NCBI GenBank assembly: GCA_964517685.1
Contig: CAZFCF010000011.1
Span: forward strand, 3,630 to 67,629
DNA from: an uncultured Gammaproteobacteria bacterium
GTDB lineage: Bacteria > Cyanobacteriota > Vampirovibrionia > LMEP-6097
Length of the DNA stretch: 64,000 bases
Direction: 5' to 3'
Position 1 is the first letter of the stretch. Each line of letters begins with the position of its first letter. This document shows positions 9,572 to 19,459 of the stretch, in pieces. The translations under genes and the position numbers were made by a program. Below the pieces are notes generated by a model. That model was not told where the DNA came from. It saw only the letters and a list, made by a program, of their open reading frames with translations, and searched no databases.

Positions 9572-10549
9572 ATGTTCTTCCCAGGTCTATCTAAAATCAA
9601 AAATTTCAATGATCTTAAAAAAGAAATCAGGTTTCGGATCAATGCTTATAATTTCAATAAAGTAAAAGAAGTTATTGAGCGCAATGTCACTCAAGATCAC
9701 GAAAAAATGAATATAGTTTTTGTGACTTTAGATTCTTGCAGATATGACAGTTTAGTTGAAGCCTATACTCCGAATCTCGATAAGCTTGGCAAAATCCATC
9801 CAGCATGGTCTCCTGCTAATTACACCTTGCCGGCGCATATTTCTTTTTTTACTGGTATTTTCCCAAATACAGACGAGCCAATTCCTTATCTAAATCGTTT
9901 TATCCAGCAGCTTGTAGTGATGGAAAAGGGCGGCAGAGGTCTTGGCGCTAAAAAACTCGGCAAAAGAACTATCTCGCTTAAATCAAGTAAAAAAGATATG
10001 ATCTATGGCTTGCGTAAGCAAGGATATTATACAGTTGGATCTGGCTCTGCTACTTGGTTTGCGAAAGATATTTTGGTACAAAATTTTAATCACTTTAAAT
10101 ACGTGCAAGCTCAATCTGCTGAAGCTCAATGTAATTATATTCTTGATAGGTTGTCGAGAAATGCAATCCATAAACCATTTTTTGCTTTTATGAATTTCTT
10201 GGAAACACATACTCCTTATATGCATTATGGTGAAGATCGTAAAGAGTATTCAATGCAAGCCCGTGACTATATGAAGTTTCCACCGCGTATAGAACCTGCA
10301 TTGCAAGATAGTTTTGGCAAAAAACTATATGCTGCTCAAGTTAAAGCGGCAGAACATTTAGATTCAGTGTTGGGTAAGTTTTTACCACAATTACCAAACA
10401 ATACTTTTGTGATTATTACTGCAGATCATGGAGAAGCCTTTGGTGAAGATGGTTGTTGGGGTCATGGGATTTATCATCCACTTGTAATGAAAGTACCAAT
10501 GCTGGCATCTATGCTTAATGGAGAGGATATTACTAAAGAATATGAATAA
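9572..10549 (+). CDS. Sulfatase/alkaline-phosphatase-superfamily hydrolase or transferase (STM4013-like)
   Basis: NIVFVTLDSCRYD, SPANYTLPAH, ETHTPY, ITADHGE..GE.G.WGHG. Alternative start at 9707. Confidence 0.8.
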   Translation: MFFPGLSKIKNFNDLKKEIRFRINAYNFNKVKEVIERNVTQDHEKMNIVFVTLDSCRYDSLVEAYTPNLDKLGKIHPAWSPANYTLPAHISFFTGIFPNTDEPIPYLNRFIQQLVVMEKGGRGLGAKKLGKRTISLKSSKKDMIYGLRKQGYYTVGSGSATWFAKDILVQNFNHFKYVQAQSAEAQCNYILDRLSRNAIHKPFFAFMNFLETHTPYMHYGEDRKEYSMQARDYMKFPPRIEPALQDSFGKKLYAAQVKAAEHLDSVLGKFLPQLPNNTFVIITADHGEAFGEDGCWGHGIYHPLVMKVPMLASMLNGEDITKEYE

Positions 10550-11534
10550 GATTTTGTTCTCAGATTTAAAGCCAATATTTATCGTAGGTTGTCCTAGATC
10601 GGGTACGACTATACTGGCTTCTCTTTTGAACTCACACAGTGAGATCGCGGCAGCAACTGAAACTCATTTCTTTAATTTTATTTCTAAACAGAAAAAATAT
10701 GAATGGAGAGAATTTGATGAAAACCAGATGAGACTTATGCTTGAAGAATCTAGGATTCTAGATTTTTGTAATCATGCAGAAGTTGATCCACAAGATTTAA
10801 TTAAATACTTTGTTGAAGAATTTGGTTCGGCTGAACTTAGCGAGCATGATTTACCTAAGGATAAATTCTATAGAAAGAAAATCTTTGATATTCTCATTAG
10901 AGCTTTATTGACTAAAAAAAATAAACTTAGATTCTGTGAAAAAACTCCACAGCATTTATTAAATGTAGAAGAGATTTTAGAGCTTTATCCTAATGCTAAG
11001 TTCATTAATATTGTCCGTGATGGTAGAGATGTAGTTAATTCGCTTCTTAAAATGCCTTGGAGACCAGGTGGTCTAATTAATAATTCTAGATTCTGGAAAC
11101 AATATATTGATAAAGGCTTAGATCTTGAATTGAGTGAAGCTGCTGAGAACTTCTTGTCTATTAGGTTTGAAGATCTAATAAAGAATTCAGAAGAAACTTT
11201 AAAATCGATTTGTAATTTCATTGGTGTGCAGTATGAGAGATCTATTTTACAAAAAACCGGTTTGAAAGAAGCAGTATTCACTGACTGGGAAAGCAATTGG
11301 AAGCATAAATCAAGTAACGAGTTAGATTCAAGTAGAATTGGAGCTTGGAAGAAAGAACTTAGTGATCAAGATCAAGTTATTCTTACTTGGCATCAGAAAG
11401 ATACACTAGAGAAGCTTGGTTACTATGTTGATAAGCTGAAAATAGATATATTTGATGTTCTTCGAATAGCTCAAGAATACCTAAGTTTATTTATTAAGAA
11501 GATAGTTAGAGTTTTCTCTCATTTGGTTAATTAA
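10542..11534 (+). CDS. PAPS-dependent sulfotransferase
   Basis: IFIVGCPRSGTTIL, ETHFF, EKTPQH, IVRDGRDVVNS, IRFEDL. Start at 10542 overlaps the previous stop; the track starts it at 10518. Confidence 0.9.
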   Translation: MNKILFSDLKPIFIVGCPRSGTTILASLLNSHSEIAAATETHFFNFISKQKKYEWREFDENQMRLMLEESRILDFCNHAEVDPQDLIKYFVEEFGSAELSEHDLPKDKFYRKKIFDILIRALLTKKNKLRFCEKTPQHLLNVEEILELYPNAKFINIVRDGRDVVNSLLKMPWRPGGLINNSRFWKQYIDKGLDLELSEAAENFLSIRFEDLIKNSEETLKSICNFIGVQYERSILQKTGLKEAVFTDWESNWKHKSSNELDSSRIGAWKKELSDQDQVILTWHQKDTLEKLGYYVDKLKIDIFDVLRIAQEYLSLFIKKIVRVFSHLVN

Positions 11535-12508
11535 TGAAAAGATTTTCCAATTCTCCAATATTTATATGTGGTGAAGGCCGCTCAGGGACTAAGCTTCTTA
11601 GAGATACTCTGGGAAAATATTCACACATAAATATATTTAGATGTGAGACTTCGATATTTGTAGATTCCACTTTTCATCAAATTAGGTTTAAGGAAGATGT
11701 TTCAAAAGAGATTTTTATTAAATCAATTTTGGCGATGATGTTTAGTAAGAATCGTATTCAAGCAGAGAAAGCTATTAAGAAACAGAAATTTTCTGAAGAG
11801 ATAGAATCGATATTTGCAGAATTAGTAAAAAGAGATCTTGTGAACTTAGTTCCTGATGATAAGTTAGAAGCATTTGATTATTTGGCTAACTTCATTACTC
11901 GAGAGCTGGTAAGTAAGGAACGTTGGCTCGAAAAAACTCCTTATCATATTAATTACATTGAAGATATATTAGATTTTTATCCAGATGCCAAAATCATAGT
12001 GAACTATAGAGATCCGAGAGCAGTAGTTGCATCATGGTTGAAGAAAGACAAGTATAAAAGCTTGCTTGGTGTAGTGGCTAATTGGAATAGTGTCGCTGCC
12101 AAGGTTATAGAATTAAAACAAAACGAACGCTGCATAAATAAAATTGATTTTGTGGCTTATGAATCACTTATTCTAAATCCAGGTCCTACTTTGAAAGATC
12201 TTTGTAATTTTATTGGCGAAGAGTTTAGTGAAGATCTTTTAGATGTAAAAGTAGTAAACAACCTTTATGGAGAAAAGGGACAACTTGGTTTCAATCAAGA
12301 AGCTATTAATCGCTGGAAAAAGAAATTAAATAAAATGCAATGTCTATTAATAGATATGTTGACTGCTAAGAATAGAGAGGCATTAGGTTATCAAGATTCA
12401 TATTCAGTGAATGTTTTTCTGATGATTTTTGTGCTCGTGATTTATTTGCCATATGAATTTGTGGTTTTTGTTTTTAAGAAGATGGTTAAGTTAGTTAAGT
12501 GGATTTAA
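11534..12508 (+). CDS. PAPS-dependent sulfotransferase
   Basis: IFICGEGRSGTKLL, WLEKTP, YRDPRAVVAS, VAYESL; TAATG coupling to the previous gene. Confidence 0.88.
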   Translation: MKRFSNSPIFICGEGRSGTKLLRDTLGKYSHINIFRCETSIFVDSTFHQIRFKEDVSKEIFIKSILAMMFSKNRIQAEKAIKKQKFSEEIESIFAELVKRDLVNLVPDDKLEAFDYLANFITRELVSKERWLEKTPYHINYIEDILDFYPDAKIIVNYRDPRAVVASWLKKDKYKSLLGVVANWNSVAAKVIELKQNERCINKIDFVAYESLILNPGPTLKDLCNFIGEEFSEDLLDVKVVNNLYGEKGQLGFNQEAINRWKKKLNKMQCLLIDMLTAKNREALGYQDSYSVNVFLMIFVLVIYLPYEFVVFVFKKMVKLVKWI

Positions 12509-12847
12509 GAATAAACTGTTTGAAGTTTGTCTCTAAATTTGCCCAATCACTTTCAATAGTTCTAATTAAACCATCCAAGCCATCTACTTTTACATTATTT
12601 TTGTGGTTATTTACTATTTGCATAACTATTTTAGCTTGATAAATATGGTCAGTTATCCTTGCTTTAACTTGATCACGCTAGTAATTTCTGTCATTTTCAT
12701 ATTTTTCAAAATCTTGATTAGTTGATTATCTAAGCCATCATTGCTTTTGTGAGCTAAATTAAGGAACAACTACCGCGCGAGTTCAGATAATATTATATGT
12801 TTGGCATTAAGTCAATACTGAATGTTTTTGAGTTGTCCTGTTTGAAT

Positions 12848-12884
12848 TTGGATAAATCCATATTTTAATTCCGGATTTATCCAA
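12848..12884. promoter_or_regulatory. 12-bp perfect inverted repeat, candidate operator of the AAA/DUF4143 gene
   Basis: TTGGATAAATCC-N13-GGATTTATCCAA just upstream of a -10-like TATGAT and the ATG at 12906. Confidence 0.55.
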
Positions 12885-12905
12885 GATTGGTGTATGATAT
12901 AAATA

Positions 12906-14090
12906 ATGACTTTTATCAAGCGAGAACTTGAAACTAATCTACTGAAGGCTAGCAAACAGTTTAGTGCAGTAATTCTTACTGGCGCAAGGCAAGTGGGGAA
13001 GTCAACTTTAGTTCGGGAATTATTTCCTGAATATGGCTATGTAAGTTTAGATGAAATAGATACAAGGGCTTATGCGCAAGATGATCCTCGGGGATTTTTG
13101 AAAAGTTACCCTTGTCCATTAATAATAGATGAGATTCAAGAAGTACCAGAATTACTTAGCTATGTAAAAAAAATTATTGATGAGAATAGATCTAATACAG
13201 GTTTATTTATTATCACAGGGTCTCAGCAATTTTCATTAATGGAAGGAGTTCAAGAGACATTAGCTGGGAGAGCCGCTGTATTAGAATTACATACTTTTTC
13301 GATTAATGAACTATCAGAACCTGCAAAGTTGGAGAATAAAGATTGGTCTTGGATTGTTCAGAGAGGATCCTATCCAGAACTTTGGTCTAAAAAATCTATT
13401 GATTTACAACTTTGGTACTCTTCTTATATAAGAACTTTTTTGGAGCGAGATATCAAAGCTAATTTGCAGAAAAGCTACTTAAAACATTATGAGCAATTTT
13501 TAAATTTGATAATAGCAAGATGCAGTCAGGAACTTAATTATGCAGATATCGCTAAAGACCTAGGGGTGGATGAAAAAACCATAAAATCCTGGATTGCTTT
13601 CTTAGAAAGATCTCAAATTATTTTTTTATTAGAACCTTATCCAAAAAAAATAGATAAAAAACAAGTCTCTAAAAAACCAAAAATTTATTTTTATGATACT
13701 GGTCTAGTTGCCCATAGATTAGGTTACCGAACGAAAGAACAAATTAAACAAAGTCCCATCTCTGGGGCTTTGTTTGAAAATCTTGTAATCAGCGAATTGA
13801 TAAAAAGACATAAGGCAAATCTACAATCAGGATTTTTCTATTACTTTAGAGAGAAAAATGGTCTTGAAGTAGATTTGATTTATGAAAATCGCTCTGAACT
13901 CAAGCTTATGGAAATTAAACAAAGCGAAACTCCTACTATTAGCATGGCAAAGAATCTAATTAAATTTTCTGAACTTGTTGAAAATGTTTCTAAGAAGTTT
14001 ATACTTACACCACGTCCTGATGAATTCAAGCAACAAGATGTAAGTTTTGCTTACTATCAAAAATTTTATGATAACGACGAACTATGTTAA
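12906..14090 (+). CDS. AAA_14 ATPase with C-terminal DUF4143 (wHTH + PD-(D/E)xK-like)
   Basis: TGARQVGKST, IIDEIQ, ITGSQQ, ETLAGR, KIYFYDTGL, GALFEN, EVDL..EIK. Confidence 0.9.
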   Translation: MTFIKRELETNLLKASKQFSAVILTGARQVGKSTLVRELFPEYGYVSLDEIDTRAYAQDDPRGFLKSYPCPLIIDEIQEVPELLSYVKKIIDENRSNTGLFIITGSQQFSLMEGVQETLAGRAAVLELHTFSINELSEPAKLENKDWSWIVQRGSYPELWSKKSIDLQLWYSSYIRTFLERDIKANLQKSYLKHYEQFLNLIIARCSQELNYADIAKDLGVDEKTIKSWIAFLERSQIIFLLEPYPKKIDKKQVSKKPKIYFYDTGLVAHRLGYRTKEQIKQSPISGALFENLVISELIKRHKANLQSGFFYYFREKNGLEVDLIYENRSELKLMEIKQSETPTISMAKNLIKFSELVENVSKKFILTPRPDEFKQQDVSFAYYQKFYDNDELC

Positions 14091-14127
14091 CAGTTCATGA
14101 ATAAAGCATTTACTTTATAATAAGCTT

Positions 14128-15576
14128 ATGCACAAAAGCTTTATTCTGATTTTCTCGCTATTAATTGGACTTCAAGCTCATGCTGCCAAAATTATCAGAG
14201 GTCCTTATTTACAAAAATTAACTAGTGAATCAATAGTTGTAAGATTTAGAACCGATGTACCAACTAAAGTTTTTGTACAATATGGAGCTGAAGCTAATCA
14301 GGTAAATTTACGTCAGGATAATTATCTTTTTACTGCTGAGCATATAGTGACTCTTAGTAAATTAAAATCAAATACTAAATACTTCTATGAGATCTTCGAA
14401 GAAACCACTAAGGGATATAAAAAGCTTAGTAACGAAAAAGATACAGAATATTCCTTTATTACAGCTCCAGAAGCAAATGAGCAAAATGGTCTCAATATCT
14501 GGGTTCTAGGAGATCCAGGAATACAGTCTGAGCCTGAATTTAGTAAGGACAGGCGTAAGGACCAAATTTTAGTTAGAGATTCTTTCTTCACTTATCTCAA
14601 AAAAAATCAAATTAAAAAACCAGGTTTGATTTTAACTCTTGGAGATAATGCTTATTCTTTTGGTACTGATGAAGAATTCCAAAAAGGTTTTTTTGAAATG
14701 TATACAGGCATTCTCCCTAACACTCCTTTGTATACTACTTTTGGTAACCACGATGCCGGTATTAGAAAGGATTTCATTGCTTTTTCGGCAAGGTCATACC
14801 CGAAGCCAAGAGGCACTTACTATGATATTTTCTCTTTACCAGATAAAAAGGCTTATTATTCATTTGATTATGGTCCAGTACATTTTATAGTTTTAGATTC
14901 ATTTGATTCTATATGGGAAGAGCCTTTGGCTGGAATAGAAGGTAGAGAAAGAGTTTGGACTAAGTACAGTAAAGAGTCTAATTTAATGCTGAGTTGGTTT
15001 GAGAATGATTTAAACTTGAATAAATCACTTTGGACTATAGTAGCTTTCCATCACCCACCTTATATTGATGAAGAGAAGAAGTCAGGGAAAAAAGAGTTAT
15101 GGCAAGCTTGGACTAACGCTTATTTAGTACCTTTGGTAGAAAAATATAAAGTTGATTTAGTACTTTGTGGTCATGTGCATAATTATCAGCGTAGCTATCC
15201 AATTCTTAGTAAGTTATCCAAAGAAGGTGAAACTGAAATAACCAATAAAGAAAGTTCGGAAATGGATGAACCTATAAAATATGGTTTCTTTTATAATAAA
15301 GAAAATACTTTAGGTCCTTTGAAACTGCCTAAATATGAGGCTTCTGTGGAATCAACTTCTGTTAAAAGATATATGAAAGGTACTGGTACTATTTATACTA
15401 TCTTGGGTTCTTCAGGTTCTGCTTTTAAAGGAGTTCCTAAAAAGAAAAATTCAATTTTCTATGTTAGTACTAAAAAAGCTGGATCAATCTTGCTAACCAT
15501 AGATCAAAAAAGATTAGAAGTTAAATTTATAACTAATCGTGCTGAGGTATTAGATGAATTCTCAATCCAAAAATAA
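14128..15576 (+). CDS. Secreted purple-acid-phosphatase-like metallophosphoesterase
   Basis: Signal peptide, RGPYLQ FN3-like N-domain, LGD, GDNAY, GNHD, FHHPPY, GHVHNYQR. Confidence 0.88.
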   Translation: MHKSFILIFSLLIGLQAHAAKIIRGPYLQKLTSESIVVRFRTDVPTKVFVQYGAEANQVNLRQDNYLFTAEHIVTLSKLKSNTKYFYEIFEETTKGYKKLSNEKDTEYSFITAPEANEQNGLNIWVLGDPGIQSEPEFSKDRRKDQILVRDSFFTYLKKNQIKKPGLILTLGDNAYSFGTDEEFQKGFFEMYTGILPNTPLYTTFGNHDAGIRKDFIAFSARSYPKPRGTYYDIFSLPDKKAYYSFDYGPVHFIVLDSFDSIWEEPLAGIEGRERVWTKYSKESNLMLSWFENDLNLNKSLWTIVAFHHPPYIDEEKKSGKKELWQAWTNAYLVPLVEKYKVDLVLCGHVHNYQRSYPILSKLSKEGETEITNKESSEMDEPIKYGFFYNKENTLGPLKLPKYEASVESTSVKRYMKGTGTIYTILGSSGSAFKGVPKKKNSIFYVSTKKAGSILLTIDQKRLEVKFITNRAEVLDEFSIQK

Positions 15577-17032
15577 TTCCTCAATTACAGGAATCTTAGG
15601 TCCCAAAAAATTAGCTAGGTCTTTCATCTATATGATGAGTAGTACCGGAGTTGCTTTAGTACTTTCTTTGCTTATAACAGTTAGTTTGGCAAGGCTCACT
15701 ACGCCAGTTGAACTTGGGGTGATTCTTACTGCTGAAGCTTTTATTGAAATGTTTAATTTCTTTCTTTACTTTGGCTTTGGGAATGCAATTCTCAGGGTTG
15801 CTTCTGATTATGCTGGTGGTTTTGAGAAGGGTATAGCTAAAGCTGTTGGTAATGCGCTTTTGATAAAAGTAGTTACTTCAATTCCACTGGTGGCAATTAT
15901 TTATTTACTAGGTTTAGTTTTTCTGAAAGACCAAATGATAATCGATATTCTAGGTCTCTATATATTTATTTATATCTTTGAGAGTTGGGCAAATGTCTTT
16001 GGTATTGCCAGAAGAGCTATTGGACAATTCAAGCTTATGTCTTTTATTCAAATCTTGAATAAAATTTTACGTTTAGCAAACATCTATATAGTCTTGAAAT
16101 ACTTTGGTGGTATTAAGCTTCTAGTAATTACTTTTTTGATTGAAAAAATTATTCGTTTCTTTATCTCGGCTTGGACTACTTTGAAATATATCAAGCCAGA
16201 AATTGATTTGACTCTCCTTAAGCCAATGCTTAAACATTGTTTTGGTTATGCTTTTATTGATCCGCTTTCTGGGGTCCAAGGCAGGTTGGACAGACTTCTT
16301 TTAAATAAATTTATTGGTCCAGTAGCTGTTGCTATCTACTCTATACCAGTTAAATTCTCTGTGGCGCTTTCTTCTGTACATCAGTCTGTGACTCAGGTTT
16401 TTGCTCCTACTTTACATCAGTCTTTTAGCTCTGATCCGGAGTTATATAAATCTACGACTAAGCACCTTTCAAGATTTCTTGCGATTATTGGTGCTTTTGT
16501 TTTTATATGTATTTTTTATTTTGGTGAAACTATACTTCTTAAAGTCTTTGGTGATAAGTATGCTGCTTCAGTTTCTATAGTATATTTTGTGGCTTACATC
16601 TCATTACTAGATTTCTTAGATCGCCCTTGCGATTTAGTTCTTGCAAGCCAAGCTTCACATCGCAATAGAATTTTTACTAAGGCTACGGCTTTGGTGATTA
16701 CTGTAGGCTTGAATTTATGGTTGATACCTAGCTATGGTATTCAAGGTGTGGTTTGGGCAACTATAATTTCCGGGATTATCAAACTTATAATTTCTTATAA
16801 GTTTGTCCATGATGCTGTTGAGACTTGGAAATGCTTATTAGTAGTAGCTTTCCCTGCTTTGCTTGCTAATTTTATGAGCATTTATATATTGGTGCCTTTG
16901 TTTTTAGCTTATTTAGCTTTAGCAAAGTTAATTACTAAGGAAGATATTGATTTTACAAAGACCGTTCTGAAGTTGCGCAAGAAGAAAAGTACTATCCAAG
17001 ACCCAGAGCCTGATCAAGAGAGCTTAGTGTGA
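15554..17032 (+). CDS. Wzx/MOP-family polysaccharide flippase
   Basis: Many hydrophobic segments; LDRLLL..IGP.AVAIYS, FGDKYAAS, LNLWLIPSYGIQG. Confidence 0.85.
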   Translation: MNSQSKNNSSITGILGPKKLARSFIYMMSSTGVALVLSLLITVSLARLTTPVELGVILTAEAFIEMFNFFLYFGFGNAILRVASDYAGGFEKGIAKAVGNALLIKVVTSIPLVAIIYLLGLVFLKDQMIIDILGLYIFIYIFESWANVFGIARRAIGQFKLMSFIQILNKILRLANIYIVLKYFGGIKLLVITFLIEKIIRFFISAWTTLKYIKPEIDLTLLKPMLKHCFGYAFIDPLSGVQGRLDRLLLNKFIGPVAVAIYSIPVKFSVALSSVHQSVTQVFAPTLHQSFSSDPELYKSTTKHLSRFLAIIGAFVFICIFYFGETILLKVFGDKYAASVSIVYFVAYISLLDFLDRPCDLVLASQASHRNRIFTKATALVITVGLNLWLIPSYGIQGVVWATIISGIIKLIISYKFVHDAVETWKCLLVVAFPALLANFMSIYILVPLFLAYLALAKLITKEDIDFTKTVLKLRKKKSTIQDPEPDQESLV

Positions 17033-18620
17033 GCTTCCTACCATTTGGATAAAGAGATTGATAGGTTATAGTTGGATCACTTTTCATCAGTGCGAGTTCT
17101 TGACTGCTTGGATAAATAGTATTGAATCTAATAGATATTAAAAAGCGATTTTTTCTTTCTTGATCATCACTTCTCATAAGTTGTAAGTATTGTTTTAATT
17201 TATTTTCTTTTGCTTGACCTGTTAAATTAAATATTGGACTATATTCAAAATTTTGGATTTTAAGTGCATCTTCATATCTCAGACCTTGAGCAAATTCTGC
17301 TACGTAAACACTTGCGTCATTAAAAAATTTGATTTTTTCTTGATCCGTAATAGTACCGTTTGATCTTTTTGCTATTGCAATTTGATTTAATGCCAGATTG
17401 GTTATTTGAGTTAATTGTGTTCCATTCAGTTTATAAGTATTTTTCCAATTTGTTAAAGAGTCTTTTACATATTTTCCCAGGGCTGAATCTTGGAAAGCAA
17501 AATTGCTGGTACGTGCCTCAATGACTGCAGTTGCTGATCTTTCATCTTGAAGTTTAGTTACAGTTTCTTTGAGCTTTTTTTCTAATTGAGCTTTTTCAGA
17601 ATTATTTCCAGTCTGGAATTTATTGAATATAGTGTTTATATTTGCATTTCTGTCACTTATATTTCCTCTATAACTAGGATCTATATCAAGTGCAAGTACT
17701 GTTTTAATAAAACTGAGAGGTACTTTATTCTTAATAGCATCAGCATAAGCATCAATTTCATTAAAGTTAGTTTGTGGATATTTAACTTTAATGGATTTGA
17801 ATAATGATGTTAATTGGGTTAAGTCTTCAAATTTGAGACCTTTATCTAAATAGTAATTACTGTAAAATTTATTCATGTATTCATCAAATTTAGTTTGACT
17901 GAAGACAGATTTATTAGTTGAAGAATCAAAAGTAATAGCAAATTGCTTTGCTTGTAATTCTAGTTTTAATCTAGTTTCTTGCTTAGGATCATCAATAACA
18001 CTAAGAACTTTATCGAGATTAGTTACCGTTAATTCTTCGCCTGTAATCGGCACCTTGTGAGTCTTTAGAGCTTCTGTTAAAACTTCTTGTTGCTTGCTTG
18101 TGCTTGCTCCTACTAAGATATCAATGTATCTTTTTCTGGTAGCTTCAATATTTACAATATTAAAATTATTGCTTTTTTCAAATTTATATAAATTGAGAGC
18201 TTGTTTACTAGTTGTATTATTAACAAGTAGTCTGAAATAGTCATTTAAGGTAGATCTTTTTTTCAAGTCCATATCATATAGATTCAAAGCTTGTTGTATA
18301 TTGTTTAAATTCTTTTTATTAGCAGTATTGAGATATAGATCATTATAGAAAGTATCGTGAAACTCCTTGAATTCCAAGCTGCCTTCTGTTAGACCTCGTT
18401 GAGTAGCCCAAGAGTTTATTTGATATTCAGCTTCCTCATCAGGGTTGGTTGGAAGTTTACCATTTAATGAATCATCAAGATCATTGAGAATATCTATAGA
18501 TGCATTTCCTCTAGCAGTTGAATTCGTTTGCTGAGTAAGTCCATTTAAATAATTGGTAATTGCTTGACCATTACTGCTAACTGGAGTTAGTGGTAATTGA
18601 GTGCTAGAGATTTCAGTCAT
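16992..18620 (-). CDS. Orphan AT-rich helical protein
   Basis: 542-aa ORF; N-terminus MTEISSTQLPLTPVSSNGQ; no recognised motif. Confidence 0.75.
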   Translation of the reverse strand: MTEISSTQLPLTPVSSNGQAITNYLNGLTQQTNSTARGNASIDILNDLDDSLNGKLPTNPDEEAEYQINSWATQRGLTEGSLEFKEFHDTFYNDLYLNTANKKNLNNIQQALNLYDMDLKKRSTLNDYFRLLVNNTTSKQALNLYKFEKSNNFNIVNIEATRKRYIDILVGASTSKQQEVLTEALKTHKVPITGEELTVTNLDKVLSVIDDPKQETRLKLELQAKQFAITFDSSTNKSVFSQTKFDEYMNKFYSNYYLDKGLKFEDLTQLTSLFKSIKVKYPQTNFNEIDAYADAIKNKVPLSFIKTVLALDIDPSYRGNISDRNANINTIFNKFQTGNNSEKAQLEKKLKETVTKLQDERSATAVIEARTSNFAFQDSALGKYVKDSLTNWKNTYKLNGTQLTQITNLALNQIAIAKRSNGTITDQEKIKFFNDASVYVAEFAQGLRYEDALKIQNFEYSPIFNLTGQAKENKLKQYLQLMRSDDQERKNRFLISIRFNTIYPSSQELALMKSDPTITYQSLYPNGRKLTLSSLDQALGLG

Positions 18621-18756
18621 TTAGGGGTGAAGAAGCAGTAACTTATCTTGATTTTCGTTCGATTAAATTTCAGAAGAATCCCTTTAAAATACAGCGAAAA
18701 GACTAGGTGATTTTGTTCAAATTAACGTGAGAAACGGCGGATAAATATTCTTCTTA

Positions 18757-18775
18757 TAACTAGTTAGACTAGTCA
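18757..18775. promoter_or_regulatory. Candidate toxin-antitoxin operator (two ACTAGT palindromes)
   Basis: AACTAGTT and GACTAGTC directly before the extended -10 TGGTATAAT at 18783-18791. Confidence 0.5.
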
Positions 18776-18797
18776 GTTGCTATGGTATAATGAATAT

Positions 18798-19052
18798 ATG
18801 AAAACTTGGCAATTACAAGAAGCAAAAGCTAAGCTCAGTGAATTGGTTAAAACAACTTTAGATCTTGGGCCGCAGGGAATTTCTGTCCGAGGAAATTTAG
18901 AAGTGATTTTAATTTCTAAGAAAGATTACGATAAACTTTGTAATAAAAAAAAGCCAGAAAGCTTTGTTGATTTTATGAGAAAATCTCCTCTAATGGGGGT
19001 TGAATTAGATTTAGAGAGAGATCAAACCCCTATAAGGGACATTGATCTATGA
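18798..19052 (+). CDS. Phd/YefM-family antitoxin
   Basis: MKTWQLQEAKAKLSELV...GPQGISVRG; overlaps the PIN toxin start (ATGA). Confidence 0.9.
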   Translation: MKTWQLQEAKAKLSELVKTTLDLGPQGISVRGNLEVILISKKDYDKLCNKKKPESFVDFMRKSPLMGVELDLERDQTPIRDIDL

Positions 19053-19459
19053 AATTTCTTCTTGATACCAATATTGTTTCTGAAACAATAAAGCAAAGAC
19101 CTAATCCTAATCTCATTCAGTGGCTTAATGTTAATCATGCAGATGATTATGCTATTAGCGTTTTGACATATGGAGAAATTAAAAAAGGAATTGAGCTATT
19201 AAAGGACTCCAAACAAAAAAGTAAATTGATGTTGTGGTTCGAAAATGAAGTCAATAATTGGTTTGCTGACAGAATTATTGAAATTGATAAGGGGATAGCT
19301 TATCAATGGGGTATCTCTTGTGCTCAACTAAAAAAGACTCCTCAAACTATAGATTCTTTAATTGCTGCAACTGCTATAGCTAATAATCTTAAATTGGTAA
19401 CAAGAAATGTAAAAGATTTTTCTATTTATCCTGGCTTAGAATTAATTGATCCTTTTTAA
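19049..19459 (+). CDS. vapC: VapC PIN-domain toxin
   Basis: FLLDTNIVSE, LTYGEI, IDSLIAATA, LVTRNVKDF. Confidence 0.92.
   Translation: MKFLLDTNIVSETIKQRPNPNLIQWLNVNHADDYAISVLTYGEIKKGIELLKDSKQKSKLMLWFENEVNNWFADRIIEIDKGIAYQWGISCAQLKKTPQTIDSLIAATAIANNLKLVTRNVKDFSIYPGLELIDPF

Noticed and set aside
12495-12680. About 60 open codons on the minus strand (RDQVKARITDHIYQAK...), possibly a gene remnant
   Set aside because: No start at its 5' end and no recognisable family; I cannot tell it from chance.
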